A stretch of 64,000 nt of DNA from an uncultured delta proteobacterium (GCA_963782055.1 CAWAIF010000003.1:2624001-2688000), one strand, 5' to 3'; counted from the stretch's first letter, positions 1 to 10,800 are shown. Notes: generated by a model from the letters alone, not told the origin. Numbers and translations are program-made.

Positions 1-2
1 GG

Positions 3-1061
3 TGGGCGTGCCCGCAGACCGTCTTCCTCGAGGGCGTCTACCGCCGCATCGAGCGGCTGGTGGAGGGCGCGCGCGAGGCACGCATCAGGCGGGCGAAGGC
101 GCCGTGGACGTTCGACAAGGTCTGGCGGCGCGGCTCGAAGCACGCGCTCTACCTGCTCGCGTCCTTCGGCATCGCGCACATCGTCCTCAGCTACTTCACC
201 ACGCTCCCGGGCCTGTTGCGGATGATGGAGGGGAAACCGGCCGACCACCCGGAGGCCTTCGCGTGGGCGGTGGCGGTGACCGCGGTGCTCTACGGCAACT
301 TCGCCTTCTTCCGCGAGCAGCTCTGCCTCGCCATCTGCCCGTACGGGCGGTTGCAGTCGGCGCTCATCGACGCCGACTCCATGGTGGTGGGCTACGACGA
401 CAAGCGCGGCGAGCCGCGCGGCAAGGCGACGGCGAAGGCGGCGGGCGCGGCGGTGGGCGACTGCGTCGACTGCAAGCGCTGCGTGGCCGTCTGCCCGACC
501 GGGATCGACATCCGCAACGGCCTGCAGATCGACTGCATCGGCTGCACCGCCTGCATCGACGCCTGCGACGACATCATGGACCGGCTCTCCAGGCCGCGCG
601 GCCTCATCCGCTACACCTCGGCCAACGCGCTCGTGGGCAACCCGACGCGCGTGGTGCGCCCGCGGACCCTCCTGTACACCGGGCTGCTGGTGCTCGGCGC
701 CGCCGTCGCCCTCGTCGTGGGCAGCCACCGCACCAGCTTCGAGGCCAACCTGCTGCGGCTGCCCGGCCCCCCCTACGTCATCGACGAGGGCACCGAGCGC
801 GACAGCTTCGAGATCCACGTCGTCAACAAGACCTCGCGCACCGTCAGCTACACGCTGGCGCCGGAGGCAAACCCGCCGGCAACCTTCGTCACCCCGATGA
901 CGAAGGTGGAGATCGCGCCGATGGGCAACGTGCGGGTGCCCTTCTTCGTGACGCTGCCGCGCGCGAGCTACGAGCACGACTTCGACATCCACGTCCACGT
1001 GCGCGACGAGGCGAGCGGCGAGGAGAAGGTGGTGAGCGCCGAGTTCCTGGGGGCGAAATGA
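3..1061 (+). CDS. ccoG: Cytochrome c oxidase (cbb3) accessory protein CcoG/FixG, 5'-truncated by the window edge
   Basis: Frame reads WACPQTVFLE from nt 3; REQLCLAICPYGRLQS motif; two ferredoxin motifs CVDCKRCVAVCP and CIGCTACIDAC; C-terminal FixG Ig-like region. Confidence 0.93.
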   Translation, partial: WACPQTVFLEGVYRRIERLVEGAREARIRRAKAPWTFDKVWRRGSKHALYLLASFGIAHIVLSYFTTLPGLLRMMEGKPADHPEAFAWAVAVTAVLYGNFAFFREQLCLAICPYGRLQSALIDADSMVVGYDDKRGEPRGKATAKAAGAAVGDCVDCKRCVAVCPTGIDIRNGLQIDCIGCTACIDACDDIMDRLSRPRGLIRYTSANALVGNPTRVVRPRTLLYTGLLVLGAAVALVVGSHRTSFEANLLRLPGPPYVIDEGTERDSFEIHVVNKTSRTVSYTLAPEANPPATFVTPMTKVEIAPMGNVRVPFFVTLPRASYEHDFDIHVHVRDEASGEEKVVSAEFLGAK

Positions 1062-1795
1062 CCGTCGCGCCGGCGCTGGCGGGCCTCGCGCTCGGCGCGC
1101 TCGGCAGCGCGCACTGCGTGGCGATGTGCGGTGGCGTGGCGTCCACCCTGGCGGCGAGGCCGGCGCTTCGAAAGGGGGAGGCGCGCCCGCGCTGGCGGGT
1201 GGTGCTGGCCTTCCAGGCGGGCCGCGTCCTCACGTACGCGGCGCTGGGGGCGCTGGCGGGCGGGGCCCTCGGCGCGGCGATGGACGCGGCGCCGGTGGCG
1301 GCGGCGCGTGGCGCGCTGCGCGTCCTCGCCGGCGTGATGATGCTCGGCATCGGGCTCCACCTCTCCGGAGTGTGGCGGGGCTTCGCGGTCATCGAGCGCA
1401 TCGGCACGCCTGTGTGGCGCAGGCTCGCCCCCGTCGCGCGGCGCCTGTTGCCGGTGCGAGGCGCGGGAGAGGCGCTCGCGCTCGGGGCGCTGTGGGGGTG
1501 GGTGCCGTGCGGGATGGTCTACACCGCGCTGGTGCTCGCGGCGGCGAGCGGGAGCGCGCCGGCCGGGGCCGCGACCATGCTGGCCTTCGGCGTGGGCACC
1601 GTCCCGGCTCTCGCCGGCGTCAGCATGCTCGCGTCGCGCCTCTCGCGCGGGGTGGTCGGCAGGAGGCGCGGGTGGATGCGCCGCGCGGCCGGCGTCGTGG
1701 TGGCCACCTTCGGCGTGATGAGCGTGGTGCTGGCGGTCGTCCCGCCGCGCGCGGCCGCGGCGCAAGCGCCGGCCGGTCTGGTCTGCGGCCGGTGA
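1058..1795 (+). CDS. Sulfite exporter TauE/SafE / DsbD_2-type membrane protein (cbb3 oxidase biogenesis neighbour)
   Basis: ATGA overlap with the ccoG stop; SAHCVAMCGG, GRVLTY, GWVPCGMVY and MLAFGVGTVP motifs; several TM helices. Confidence 0.88.
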   Translation: MTVAPALAGLALGALGSAHCVAMCGGVASTLAARPALRKGEARPRWRVVLAFQAGRVLTYAALGALAGGALGAAMDAAPVAAARGALRVLAGVMMLGIGLHLSGVWRGFAVIERIGTPVWRRLAPVARRLLPVRGAGEALALGALWGWVPCGMVYTALVLAAASGSAPAGAATMLAFGVGTVPALAGVSMLASRLSRGVVGRRRGWMRRAAGVVVATFGVMSVVLAVVPPRAAAAQAPAGLVCGR

Positions 1796-1851
1796 CCCGC
1801 ACGCCTGCGTGATAGGCTCGCGCCTCGCGGTCGTCGTCCGCGAACCAGCCC

Positions 1852-2370
1852 ATGGAGCTCCGCCGCATCGTCGACCTGAAGGTCCTCTCCTCGCCGCGCG
1901 TCGTGGAGCTCACGCCGGATGGCAAGGGCCTGCTCTGCGCCTCGAGCGCGCTGCAGGTCCTCGACCTCCAGGGGAGGGTGAAGAGGACGCTGCGAAGGGC
2001 GGGCGGGTACGGCATGTACCAGGCGTTCGTGACCAAGGGGGGGCGCGCGCTCGGCCAGTCGGCCTCCCTGCTTCGCCGCTGGGTCGTCTTCGTGTGGGAC
2101 CGCGACGGCGGGCTGCGTCGCACCCTGCCGTACCGCGCAAAGATCACCGGGATCGCCGTCTCGCCGGATGCGCGGTGGCTCGTCGCCCACGGGAGCCACA
2201 AGCCCCCCGCGGTGTGGGACCTCGACTCCGGTGCGGCGCTCGGGACGGTGGACGCCTACGCCACGAGCGGCCTGCTCTCCGGCGTGCGTTTCGCGCGTTT
2301 CGCGCGAGACGGCCGCCTGGTCACCCTCGGCAACAACGGCCGGATCTGCGTGTGGGAGATCTCACCGTGA
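1852..2370 (+). CDS. Small WD40/beta-propeller-like repeat protein
   Basis: Repeats ending VWDRD, VWDLD, VWEIS; IAVSPDARWL and FARDGRLVT blade-like segments. Confidence 0.6.
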   Translation: MELRRIVDLKVLSSPRVVELTPDGKGLLCASSALQVLDLQGRVKRTLRRAGGYGMYQAFVTKGGRALGQSASLLRRWVVFVWDRDGGLRRTLPYRAKITGIAVSPDARWLVAHGSHKPPAVWDLDSGAALGTVDAYATSGLLSGVRFARFARDGRLVTLGNNGRICVWEISP

Positions 2371-2421
2371 CGGCGCGCAGGTGAGGGCGTGTGGGCGGCG
2401 GGCTCTCGCCTCCTTCATTTG

Positions 2422-2451
2422 TGGCCAGGGCGGAGCGCCGAGCGCTACAAT
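2422..2451 (+). promoter_or_regulatory. Putative sigma70 promoter of the VWA lipoprotein gene
   Basis: TGGCCA-N18-TACAAT upstream of a GGAGG RBS and the GTG at 2484. Confidence 0.4.
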
Positions 2452-2483
2452 GAGGTGGTGAGATTCTGGCTCTCGGAGGTCCC

Positions 2484-3404
2484 GTGAAAGCACTCGTACC
2501 CTGGGTCGTGGCCGTGGCGGTGGGCCTGGTCGCGTGCGGTAGCAGCGATGACACCGGCGGCAACCCGGACGGTGGGGGCCTGACGGACGGGGGCGGCGAC
2601 TTCGACAGCCCGTTCGGCAACATCGACTCGGGCGGCGGCGACGGGAGCGGCGGCGACGCGGACAGCTGCTACGCGCCGGTCGACATGTACATCATGCAGG
2701 ACCGGTCGGGCAGCATGGGGTCGGACTGCAACATCGGGAGCAAGACCAACTCCAAGTGGTGCCACGCCATCAACGCGCTCTCGGGGTACTTCAACTCGCC
2801 CAGCGCCAAGGACAACGCGGCGGCGCTCCAGTTCTTCCCGCTGACGACGCACAAGTCCTCGATGTGCAGTACGGGCACCAGCTACGACGTCGCGGCGCTG
2901 CCCAAGCCGTCCCCCGCGTACACCACCCTCCCGACGAACGCGTTCGACGCCCTGCTCGACTCCACCAACGACAGCGGCCCCAACACGCCGACGGAGGCCG
3001 CGATCCGCGGCATCACCAAGTTCACCGCCGCCAACCGCCGCGGGGGGCGCGTGACCATCGGCATCCTCATCACCGACGGCAACCCCAACGGGTGCAACGA
3101 GGACCTCAACTTCCTCTCCGGGTTGCTCCAGGCCCACTTCACCGCCACCACCCTCCGCACGTACGTCATCGGGATGACCGGCGCGAACTTCGACAACCTG
3201 GAGACCATCGCGCAGGGCGGCAACGCCCCGCTCCACCCGGACAAGGTGGGCCCGCTCACCGACGCGTGCGGCAACGGCCCCGGCCCGTGCCGTCACTGGA
3301 ACGTCGGCAACGGGGACCCGCAGGCGTTCGTCGCCGCGCTGGCCGCCATCCAGGAATCCGCCAACGGCTGCAAGGACGGCGGCGGCACCATCAACCCGAA
3401 CTGA
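2484..3404 (+). CDS. VWA-domain lipoprotein
   Basis: Lipobox LVAC; MIDAS DRSGSM, TPTEAA and ILITDG motifs; Gly/Asp-rich linker. Confidence 0.85.
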   Translation: MKALVPWVVAVAVGLVACGSSDDTGGNPDGGGLTDGGGDFDSPFGNIDSGGGDGSGGDADSCYAPVDMYIMQDRSGSMGSDCNIGSKTNSKWCHAINALSGYFNSPSAKDNAAALQFFPLTTHKSSMCSTGTSYDVAALPKPSPAYTTLPTNAFDALLDSTNDSGPNTPTEAAIRGITKFTAANRRGGRVTIGILITDGNPNGCNEDLNFLSGLLQAHFTATTLRTYVIGMTGANFDNLETIAQGGNAPLHPDKVGPLTDACGNGPGPCRHWNVGNGDPQAFVAALAAIQESANGCKDGGGTINPN

Positions 3405-3441
3405 CGCGTCTGCCGTCGGGGCCGCGAGGTCGTGCCTCGGA

Positions 3442-4302
3442 TCACTCGTCGCGCCAGAAGCGGGCGATGAGCCGCGCGCGCGAGGGGACCTCCGCCTTGC
3501 GGAGGAGCTGCGTGACGTGCAGCTCGACGGTGTTCTCCGCGCAGCCGAGCGCCTGCGCGATCTCCTTGTTCGCCTGTCCCTGCGCGAGCAGGCGCAGCAC
3601 CTCGATCTGCCTCCGGGAGAGGGACCAGGCGACCGTCATCTCGTCGAGGCGGCTGTCGAGCGGGTCGACGGCGTCGCCGTCGCCGAACAGGGCCATCGCC
3701 GTCACCCGGTTGATGATCTCCAGCGAGGCGCGCCCCGCGCGCCGCACGAGCGTCCGCGACGCCGGGAGTCGAGCCCAGTACACGCCGTAGTCCGAGCCGA
3801 GGTCGGTGCGCAGGACCTTGGTGGGCGGGAGGTCCAGGTGCCGCGTCACGCCGCGGAGCGCCGCGACGCTGAAGCGGATGAAGGCGGGGTTCGGGCGCGC
3901 GCCGGGGCGGATGCGCATCGTGACGCGCATGTCGTTGCCACCGAGGTCCTCGCACTCGCAGTGGATGGCGGGCCACACGATGGGGTCGAGCACCTCCAGG
4001 ACGAACCGGACGAACGGCTTCGGCTCGATGAGCACGCGGCCCAGGGTCCGGAGCTCCGGGATGACCTCGTGGTAGCCGTCCTCGACCAGCTCGTCGATCC
4101 GCTCCATGTCTCCGACCAGCGCGACGAGGTTGTCGCAGATCGTGACGTAGTCGTCCCAGGAGATCCGCTTGCGGCCCTTCAGGTCATCCGGGCCGAAGGG
4201 CAGCCCCTGGAAGAGGCGCTCGTTCGAGAAGCTCGCCCGCTCGAGCATGCGGATGATGGCCCAGACCGTCCGCGTGGAGACCTCGTGCGAGGGGACGACC
4301 AC
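3442..4302 (-). CDS. LuxR-family HTH regulator with an uncharacterised N-terminal domain
   Basis: C-terminal LSRRQIEVLRLLAQGQANKEIAQALGCAENTVELHV; start at GTG 4302 is a best guess. Confidence 0.82.
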   Translation of the reverse strand: MVVPSHEVSTRTVWAIIRMLERASFSNERLFQGLPFGPDDLKGRKRISWDDYVTICDNLVALVGDMERIDELVEDGYHEVIPELRTLGRVLIEPKPFVRFVLEVLDPIVWPAIHCECEDLGGNDMRVTMRIRPGARPNPAFIRFSVAALRGVTRHLDLPPTKVLRTDLGSDYGVYWARLPASRTLVRRAGRASLEIINRVTAMALFGDGDAVDPLDSRLDEMTVAWSLSRRQIEVLRLLAQGQANKEIAQALGCAENTVELHVTQLLRKAEVPSRARLIARFWRDE

Positions 4303-4350
4303 GTCACCGACGATATCCGACGCCTGCGACCTGGTGCTAGCGTGACGCGC

Positions 4351-4854
4351 ATGGACGCTCTCCGTATCGTGGTGGTCACGGTCACCACCTCGCGCACCTC
4401 CCAGACCGACGCCGCCGGGCCCGCGCTCGCCGCTGCGCTGGAGAAGGCGGGGCACTCGGTGACGCGGCCCGCACCCATCGCCGACGCCGTCGCCGCCATC
4501 CGTGACGTGGTGCGCGTCGCCTCGGAGGACGGCTCGGCCGACGTGATGGTGCTGACCGGCGGGACGGGCATCACCCGGGAGGACGTCACGCCGGAGGCGC
4601 TGGAGCCGCTCTTCGTCAAGCGCATCGATGGCTTCGGGGAGGCGTTCCGCCGCTTGTCGTGGGAGCGCGTCGGCCCCCACGCGATGCTGTCGCGCGCGAC
4701 GGCGGGTGTTGTCGGCACGTTGCTCGTGTTCGCCGTGCCGGGGAGCCCAGGCGCGGCGGAGCTCGGCGCGGAGCTGGTGGCGGGCCTCCTCCCGCACGCC
4801 GCGGACCTCGCCGCGGGCCGCCACGGTCACCACCGTCACCAGACGAAGGCGTAG
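4351..4854 (+). CDS. moaB: Molybdenum cofactor biosynthesis protein MoaB/Mog
   Basis: VLTGGTGITREDVTPEA, GFGEAFR, AMLSRATAG and VPGSP motifs. Confidence 0.9.
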   Translation: MDALRIVVVTVTTSRTSQTDAAGPALAAALEKAGHSVTRPAPIADAVAAIRDVVRVASEDGSADVMVLTGGTGITREDVTPEALEPLFVKRIDGFGEAFRRLSWERVGPHAMLSRATAGVVGTLLVFAVPGSPGAAELGAELVAGLLPHAADLAAGRHGHHRHQTKA

Positions 4855-4856
4855 GG

Positions 4857-5105
4857 ATGCGCGTCACGCTCCTGTACTTCGCCGCGGTGCGCGATCTCCT
4901 CGGCACCGATGAGGAAGAGGCGGAGCTGCCCGCCGGGGTGGCCACGGTGCGGGATCTCGCAGGGTGGCTCGAGGCCGCGCGGCCGGCGCTCGCCGGGCGG
5001 ATGGGCGCCGTGCGCCTGGCGCGCAACGAGCGCTTCGCCGACCCGGACGAGGCCCTCGCCGAGGGCGACGTCGTGGCCCTCATCCCGCCCGTGGCGGGCG
5101 GCTGA
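4857..5105 (+). CDS. moaD: Molybdopterin synthase sulfur carrier subunit
   Basis: MRVTLLYFAAVRD start; C-terminal IPPVAGG di-glycine. Confidence 0.92.
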   Translation: MRVTLLYFAAVRDLLGTDEEEAELPAGVATVRDLAGWLEAARPALAGRMGAVRLARNERFADPDEALAEGDVVALIPPVAGG

Positions 5106-5151
5106 CCCGCGCCGAGAGGAGAGAGAGCCCCTCGTCCACCTCGACGGGCAC

Positions 5152-6549
5152 TCAGGGGGGGAGCGCGCGATCGGCGCGACGCGGGCGCATGCGCACGCCG
5201 CGCTTCGGCCGCAGGGTGATCGAGGGGTCGAGCTCGAGCCGGAAGGCGGGCACGAGCTCCAGCCGGTAGCGCTGCACGATCATGGGGAGCGCCACCTGCA
5301 TCTCCATCATCGCGAAGGCGTTGCCGATGCAGGTGCGCGGGCCGCCCCCGAAGGGGAGGTAGGCGTGCTTGGGTCGCGCCTCCTTCGCCTCCCGGGAGAA
5401 GCGGGTCGGGTCGAAGCCCTCCGGGTTGGGCCAGATGCGAGGCAGCCGGTGCAGCAGGAAGGGCGCCACCGCGACGATGGAACCCTTCGCGATGCGGTAG
5501 CCGCCGATGACGTCGTCCTCGAGCAGCTCGCGCTCCATGACCCAGGCGGGCGGGTAGAGGCGCAGCGTCTCCTCGAGGACCTGGGTGGTGTAGGTGAGCC
5601 GGGGCAGGTCGGCGAGGGTCGGGGCGCGCCCGCCGAGGACCTCGCCCACTTCCCGCTCCAGGGTGCGCAGCACCTCGGGGTGGGTGGAGAGCAGGTAGAG
5701 CGCGAAGGTGAGCGCGTTGGCCGTCGTCTCGTGGCCGGCGAGCACCAGGGTGACGAGCTCGTCGCGCAGGAGGCGATCGGGCATGCCCTCGCCGGTCTGC
5801 TCGTCGCGCGCCTCCATGAGCATGCCGAGCAGGTCGTCGTGGCGGCCCTCGCCGGCGCGTCGCTCCTGCATGACGCGCGTGACCACGTCGTCGATCGTGC
5901 GCTTCGCGCGGGCGAAGCGGAGGTTCGCCGGCGTGGGGAACCAGGGCGGCGGGCGCACCGGCTTCTCGACGTAGTCGTTGGCCCACTTGAGCGCGACGGT
6001 GAGGGCCTCCCCGGTGGCCTTGGCGTCGCCGTCCAGCTCCGCCGACAGGAGCGTGCGGCCGACGACGCGGAAGGTGAGTCGCATCATCTCGGCGTGGGCG
6101 TCGAACGGGGTCTGCCCGTCTTGCTCGCGGTCCCAGCGGGCGAGCATGTCGCGCGTGCACTCGGCCATGGTGGAGACGAAGCCGCTCAGCCGCTCCCGGT
6201 GGAAGGCCGGCTGGGCGAGCCGGCGCTGCTTGCGCCACGTCTCGCCCTCCGACGTGAGCAGACCCTCCCCGAGCATCATCTTGAGGCCGCGGTAGTTGCG
6301 GCTCTTGACGTACCTCCTGTGGTTCTGGACCAGGATCTGGCGGGCGGCCTCCGGGTCGGACACCACCACGTAGTGGAGGTGGGCGAAGCGGAAGCGCATG
6401 ATCTCCCCCCACTCCTCCACGCCGGTGGCCATGAGGCCCAGCGGGTCCGCCCAGATGTCCAGCAGCGAGCCGAAGATGGCGCTGCTCCCCCGAGGGCCGG
6501 GCGGGTGCGGGTAAGAGGTGACCGGCGTCGTCTGGGTCGTCATCGCCAT
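5152..6549 (-). CDS. Cytochrome P450
   Basis: AGHETT I-helix, ETLR (ExxR), heme motif PFGGGPRTCIG. Confidence 0.96.
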   Translation of the reverse strand: MAMTTQTTPVTSYPHPPGPRGSSAIFGSLLDIWADPLGLMATGVEEWGEIMRFRFAHLHYVVVSDPEAARQILVQNHRRYVKSRNYRGLKMMLGEGLLTSEGETWRKQRRLAQPAFHRERLSGFVSTMAECTRDMLARWDREQDGQTPFDAHAEMMRLTFRVVGRTLLSAELDGDAKATGEALTVALKWANDYVEKPVRPPPWFPTPANLRFARAKRTIDDVVTRVMQERRAGEGRHDDLLGMLMEARDEQTGEGMPDRLLRDELVTLVLAGHETTANALTFALYLLSTHPEVLRTLEREVGEVLGGRAPTLADLPRLTYTTQVLEETLRLYPPAWVMERELLEDDVIGGYRIAKGSIVAVAPFLLHRLPRIWPNPEGFDPTRFSREAKEARPKHAYLPFGGGPRTCIGNAFAMMEMQVALPMIVQRYRLELVPAFRLELDPSITLRPKRGVRMRPRRADRALPP

Positions 6550-6572
6550 GGGAGCCCCGTTCGGAGTAAGCT

Positions 6573-6626
6573 GAACGTGAGCCTTGCCTCACGTTCTGCC
6601 AGAACGTGAGACATCCCTCATGTTCT
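6573..6626. promoter_or_regulatory. Two palindromic operator sites between the divergent P450 and TetR genes
   Basis: GAACGTGAG-N6-CTCACGTTC (6573-6596, perfect) and AGAACGTGAG-N6-CTCATGTTCT (6601-6626, one mismatch). Confidence 0.8.
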
Positions 6627-6638
6627 GTCAACCCACCC

Positions 6639-7256
6639 ATGACCGCACCTCTACGCAGGACACCCACCCAGGACCGCAGCCGCCAGCGCGTGGCGCGCAT
6701 CCTGGACGTCGCCGCGCACGTCTTCGCGGAGGTGGGCTACGAGGCAGCCACGACCGAGGCCATCGCCGAGCGCGCCGGCGTCTCCATCGGCAGCCTCTAC
6801 CAGTTCTTCCCCAACAAGAAGGCGCTCTTCGAGGCGATCGGCGCGCGCTACCTGGAGCAGGCGCGGCAGCTGTTCGAGGGGCTGGTGACGCCGGACCGGC
6901 TCGCCCGGCCGTGGCAGGAGCTGCTCGACGGCCTGGTGGACGGGTTCTGGGGCTTCCACCGCACGTCACCCGGGTTCCAGGCCGTGTGGAAGGGGTTTCT
7001 CCTCTCGCCGGAGTTCCTCGTCGCCGGCGACGCCCTCAACCGCGAGATCGCCCGGCGGCTGGACGGCGTGCTGGCCCACTTCACCGGCCTGCCGAAGAAG
7101 CAGCGCGAGGTGGTGGCCACCGCGCTGGTGGAGTCGCTCTCCGCGCTGCTCAGCGTGGGCGCGAGGATGCGGGAGCCCAGGGCTTCGATGCTGAAGGAGG
7201 AGAGCAAGGTGCTCCTCAGGCGCTATCTCGAGCCCTACATGCGTCGCGACCGGTGA
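6639..7256 (+). CDS. TetR/AcrR-family transcriptional regulator
   Basis: RRTPTQDRSRQRV...IAERAGVSIGSLYQFFPNKKAL HTH. Confidence 0.93.
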   Translation: MTAPLRRTPTQDRSRQRVARILDVAAHVFAEVGYEAATTEAIAERAGVSIGSLYQFFPNKKALFEAIGARYLEQARQLFEGLVTPDRLARPWQELLDGLVDGFWGFHRTSPGFQAVWKGFLLSPEFLVAGDALNREIARRLDGVLAHFTGLPKKQREVVATALVESLSALLSVGARMREPRASMLKEESKVLLRRYLEPYMRRDR

Positions 7257-7293
7257 CCTTCCCGCCGCGCGGGTGTCGTGCGATCTTCGGGGG

Positions 7294-7851
7294 ATGGCTG
7301 GTTCGATCAAGGGCGGCGTCCTCACCTCGCGCCTCGCCTTCCTGGAGGGTCGCGGCGGCGCCGAGGCCGTACGGCGCGTCCTGACGACGCTCCCCGAGGA
7401 GGATCGCGCGCTCCTTTCCGGCGCCATCGCCGGCGCCGGGTGGTACCCCTTCGACACCGGCTCGAGGCTGGACGCGGCGATCGAGGCGGAGCTGGGCGGC
7501 GGCGACGCCCTCTTTCGCGAGATGGGCAAGCAGTCGGCGCGCGACAACCTGAGCCCGGCGCAGCGCGCCTTCGTCCGCGAGCGCGACCCTTACGCGCTGC
7601 TCAAGGCGGCGGCGTCGATCTATCGCCTCTACTACGACACCGGCCGCCGCACCTTCGAGCGGCGGGGCGTGCGCACGCTCGTCCTTCGCACGCACGACAG
7701 CACGACGTTCTCGCGCGCCGACTGCCTCACGGTCGTGGGCTGGCACGAGCAGGTCATCGCCATGTGCGGCGGCTCCAACGTCCGCGTGACGGAGACGCAG
7801 TGCCGCGCCAAGGGCGACGACGTGTGCGAGTACGTCTGCGAATGGGATTGA
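7294..7851 (+). CDS. Myxobacterial TIGR02265/DUF2378-like protein with V4R-type C-terminus
   Basis: IKGGVL...GWYPFD N-terminus; ETQCRAKGDDVCEYVCEW V4R-like end. Confidence 0.7.
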   Translation: MAGSIKGGVLTSRLAFLEGRGGAEAVRRVLTTLPEEDRALLSGAIAGAGWYPFDTGSRLDAAIEAELGGGDALFREMGKQSARDNLSPAQRAFVRERDPYALLKAAASIYRLYYDTGRRTFERRGVRTLVLRTHDSTTFSRADCLTVVGWHEQVIAMCGGSNVRVTETQCRAKGDDVCEYVCEWD

Positions 7852-7852
7852 G

Positions 7853-10800
7853 CTACTTCGCCCAGGCCTGGGCGATCTCCAGGGTGAGGGCGTTCTCCGG
7901 GACCTGGGTGAGGAACGCCTCGCGGACGGCCGCGCTGGTCATGCGGTCGGCGCGCGCCCGCAGGCGTCGCGCGGCGTCGCCGATCGCCACGCGGCCGGTG
8001 CGCTCCTGACCGTTGGCGAAGAGCGCCTCTGCCCACACGAGGCGCACCAGCGACTCGCCCTCGTCGATGCCGCCCAGCGTGACCAGCAGGTCGTAGGCCT
8101 CGCGGGAGGCGGCGAGGGCGGCGTCCTTGTCGTCGCGCAACAGCTCGATGTGCGCGAGCACCGCGAGCGCGTAGGCGCGGAAGGTGGGGGGGAGGTCCTC
8201 GCGCCGCGCGATGGACCGTGCCTGCGCCGCCGCCTCGTCGTGCATGCCCGCGCGGGCGAGCGCGTGCGCGTGGTAGATGCGCGAGCCGTCCTCCATGCGC
8301 GGCCGCTTCTGCGCGTGGAAGGCCTCGATGGCGTCCTCCTGCAGGGCGCGCGCCTCCTCCGCCCGGCCGAGGTGGGAGAGCGCGAGCCCGAGGTTCTGCT
8401 TGGAGGCAGCCGACACCGAGTCGAGGCCCATGCGATCGCCGATCGCGAGCGTCTCGCGCAGGACGCGCTCCGCCTCCTCGTACATGCCCGCCTCGATGTA
8501 GCCGTAGCCGAGGTTGACGCGGCGCGAGCAGCCGTTGCGGCGGTCCTCGATCTGGTCGAACTGACGGACGCTCTCCAGCGTCCACTCCAGCATCGCCCCG
8601 ACGTCCCCGGCGAAGTGGGCGATCGCCGCGCGCGCCGTCGCCGCCTGGGCCGCGACGATGGGCTCCTGCATGACCTCCGAGCTGCCGTGCGACTCCAGCA
8701 GGGCGAGCATGGACATGGAGGCCGCCGGGTCGCCCGCGTGCGCGAAGGCGACGCACGTCTGCGCCACGGCGATGGCGAGCGCCGCGCCGAACGTCCCGTG
8801 CGCCGCCTTCTCCACGCGTCCGGCCAGCGCGGTCAGCTCCTCGGTGCGGTGCATGCGCCCCCACGCCGCCGCGAGCTGGCCGGCCGCGTTGCACCACGCG
8901 TCGCCGCCCTCCGGGAGCAGGCGAAGCGCCTCCTCGAAGCAGCTCACCGCGCGCGCCGACTCGCCGCGCCACCACGCCACGTTGCCCAGCAGCGTGCGCA
9001 GCAGCCCGAGCTCCTCACCCGCCGCGCCGCACCGGATGCCGAGCTCGGCGCACTCCACCGCCCCGTCCAGGTCGTTGCCGCCCACCGCGCGCATCGCGGC
9101 GCGCAGGTACCAGGGCGCCGCCCGCGAAGGCTGGCCGCTCTGCCCGTAGTGCCCGGCGAGCAGGAGCGGGTCAGTCTCGCCGGCGCGCTCGAGCCACGTC
9201 CCGGCGACGCGGTGGCCGACGGCGCGATCCTGCGCGGTGAGCGTGGCGTACGCGGCCTCCCGGACGAGCGCGTTGCGGAAGATGTACTCGCGCTCGCCGG
9301 GGAAGCGGCCCTCCGACCGGCGGCTGACGATCTCCCGCTCGCAGAGGGTGTCGAGCCACTCGCCGGCGTGCGGCGCGAGGGAGGCGTCGACGAGGGCGGA
9401 GACGCCGCCGCCCCAGAAGACGTCGCCGAAGACGCTCGCGGCGCGCAGGACCTGCCGCGCGTCGCCCTCCAGCGCGTCGAGGCGCGCCTGCACCATCGCC
9501 AGCACCGTCTCGGGCAAGGCGTCCCCGTGGCCGCTGGCGATCGAGCGGATGAGCTCTTCCAGGTAGAAGACGTTGCCGCCGGCCAGCCCGATGATGCGCG
9601 CGACGGTCGGCGCGGTGATGCGGTCGCCCAGGACGTGCCGCACCAGCTTCTCGGCCGCCTTGCGGGAGATCTCTCCCAGGTGGAGGCTGGTGGTGCGACG
9701 GCCGGACCACAGCCTGGGGAAGGCGTCGCGCACCGCGGGGCGTCCGAGCGCCAGCACCATGAGCGGCGAGTCGGCGAGGGAGCGCAACGCGCCGTCGACG
9801 AGGCGGACCGTGGGCAGGTCTCCCCACTGCAGGTCCTCGAGCACCAGCAGCACCGGGTTGGCGGCGCACTCGGCGGCGAGGAAGTCCTCCCACGCGCGCT
9901 GCATCAGGTCGCCCATGAGCACGGCGTCGCGGCGCGCCGCGCGGAGCTGCGCGCTCTCCTCGTCGCCGAAGGGGACGCCCGCGATCTCGCCGAGGAACTC
10001 GCTCAGGCGCGCGACGTCGCCGGGGGCCGCGTGCCGCGCGATGCGCGCGCGGAGCTTCTGCTGGCGCACCGGGAGGGGCTCGCCCTCCAGGACCCGCGCC
10101 GCCTGGCGCAGGACCTGCCGCGCCAGCGCGAAGGGCGAGCCGGCCTGCATGGGGTCGCCCCGGCCGACCCAGACCTCCACCTTGTCCCCCCGCTCCTTCA
10201 CGCGTCGCACGAACTCGTAGCGCAGGCGCGACTTGCCCACGCCCGCGTCGCCGACGACCAGGGTGACGCTCGCCACCTCCTCCTCGCCGCACTCCTCCCA
10301 CGCCGCCATCAACGTCCCGAGCTCCCGCTCGCGCCCCACACACGGCGTGACCATGCCGAGCAGCTTCCGCGTGGCGTCGGCGATCTCCCGCTCCTGGGTG
10401 AGGAACAGGCCGCCCTGATCGTCGCCCCCGAGCTCGAAGCGGGCGTCGAGCAGCCCGGCGGTGGTCTCGTCGGTGCGGATGCCGCAGCGGCCGGCGCCCG
10501 ACGCGCGGCGCGCCGTCTCGGCGTGCAGGAGCGCCGCCGCGCGCTCGATCGCCTCGCCGACGGGGAGCGGACCGGAGACGACGCCGCGCCCGGTCGCGAG
10601 CACGACGGGCGTCTCGCCCATCTCCGTCTGGACGCGCAGCGCGCAGCGTGCGGCGCGCGTGGCCTGGTCGGTCGCGCTGCCGGTGCCCTGCAGCGTCGCC
10701 ACGAGCGTCCCGCTGGCGAGGGTCTCCAGGGTCCCTCCGAACTCCCGCACCACCGGCGAGAGGCGCTCGCGCTCGGTGGCGGCCTTCGACCCGGTCTCCG

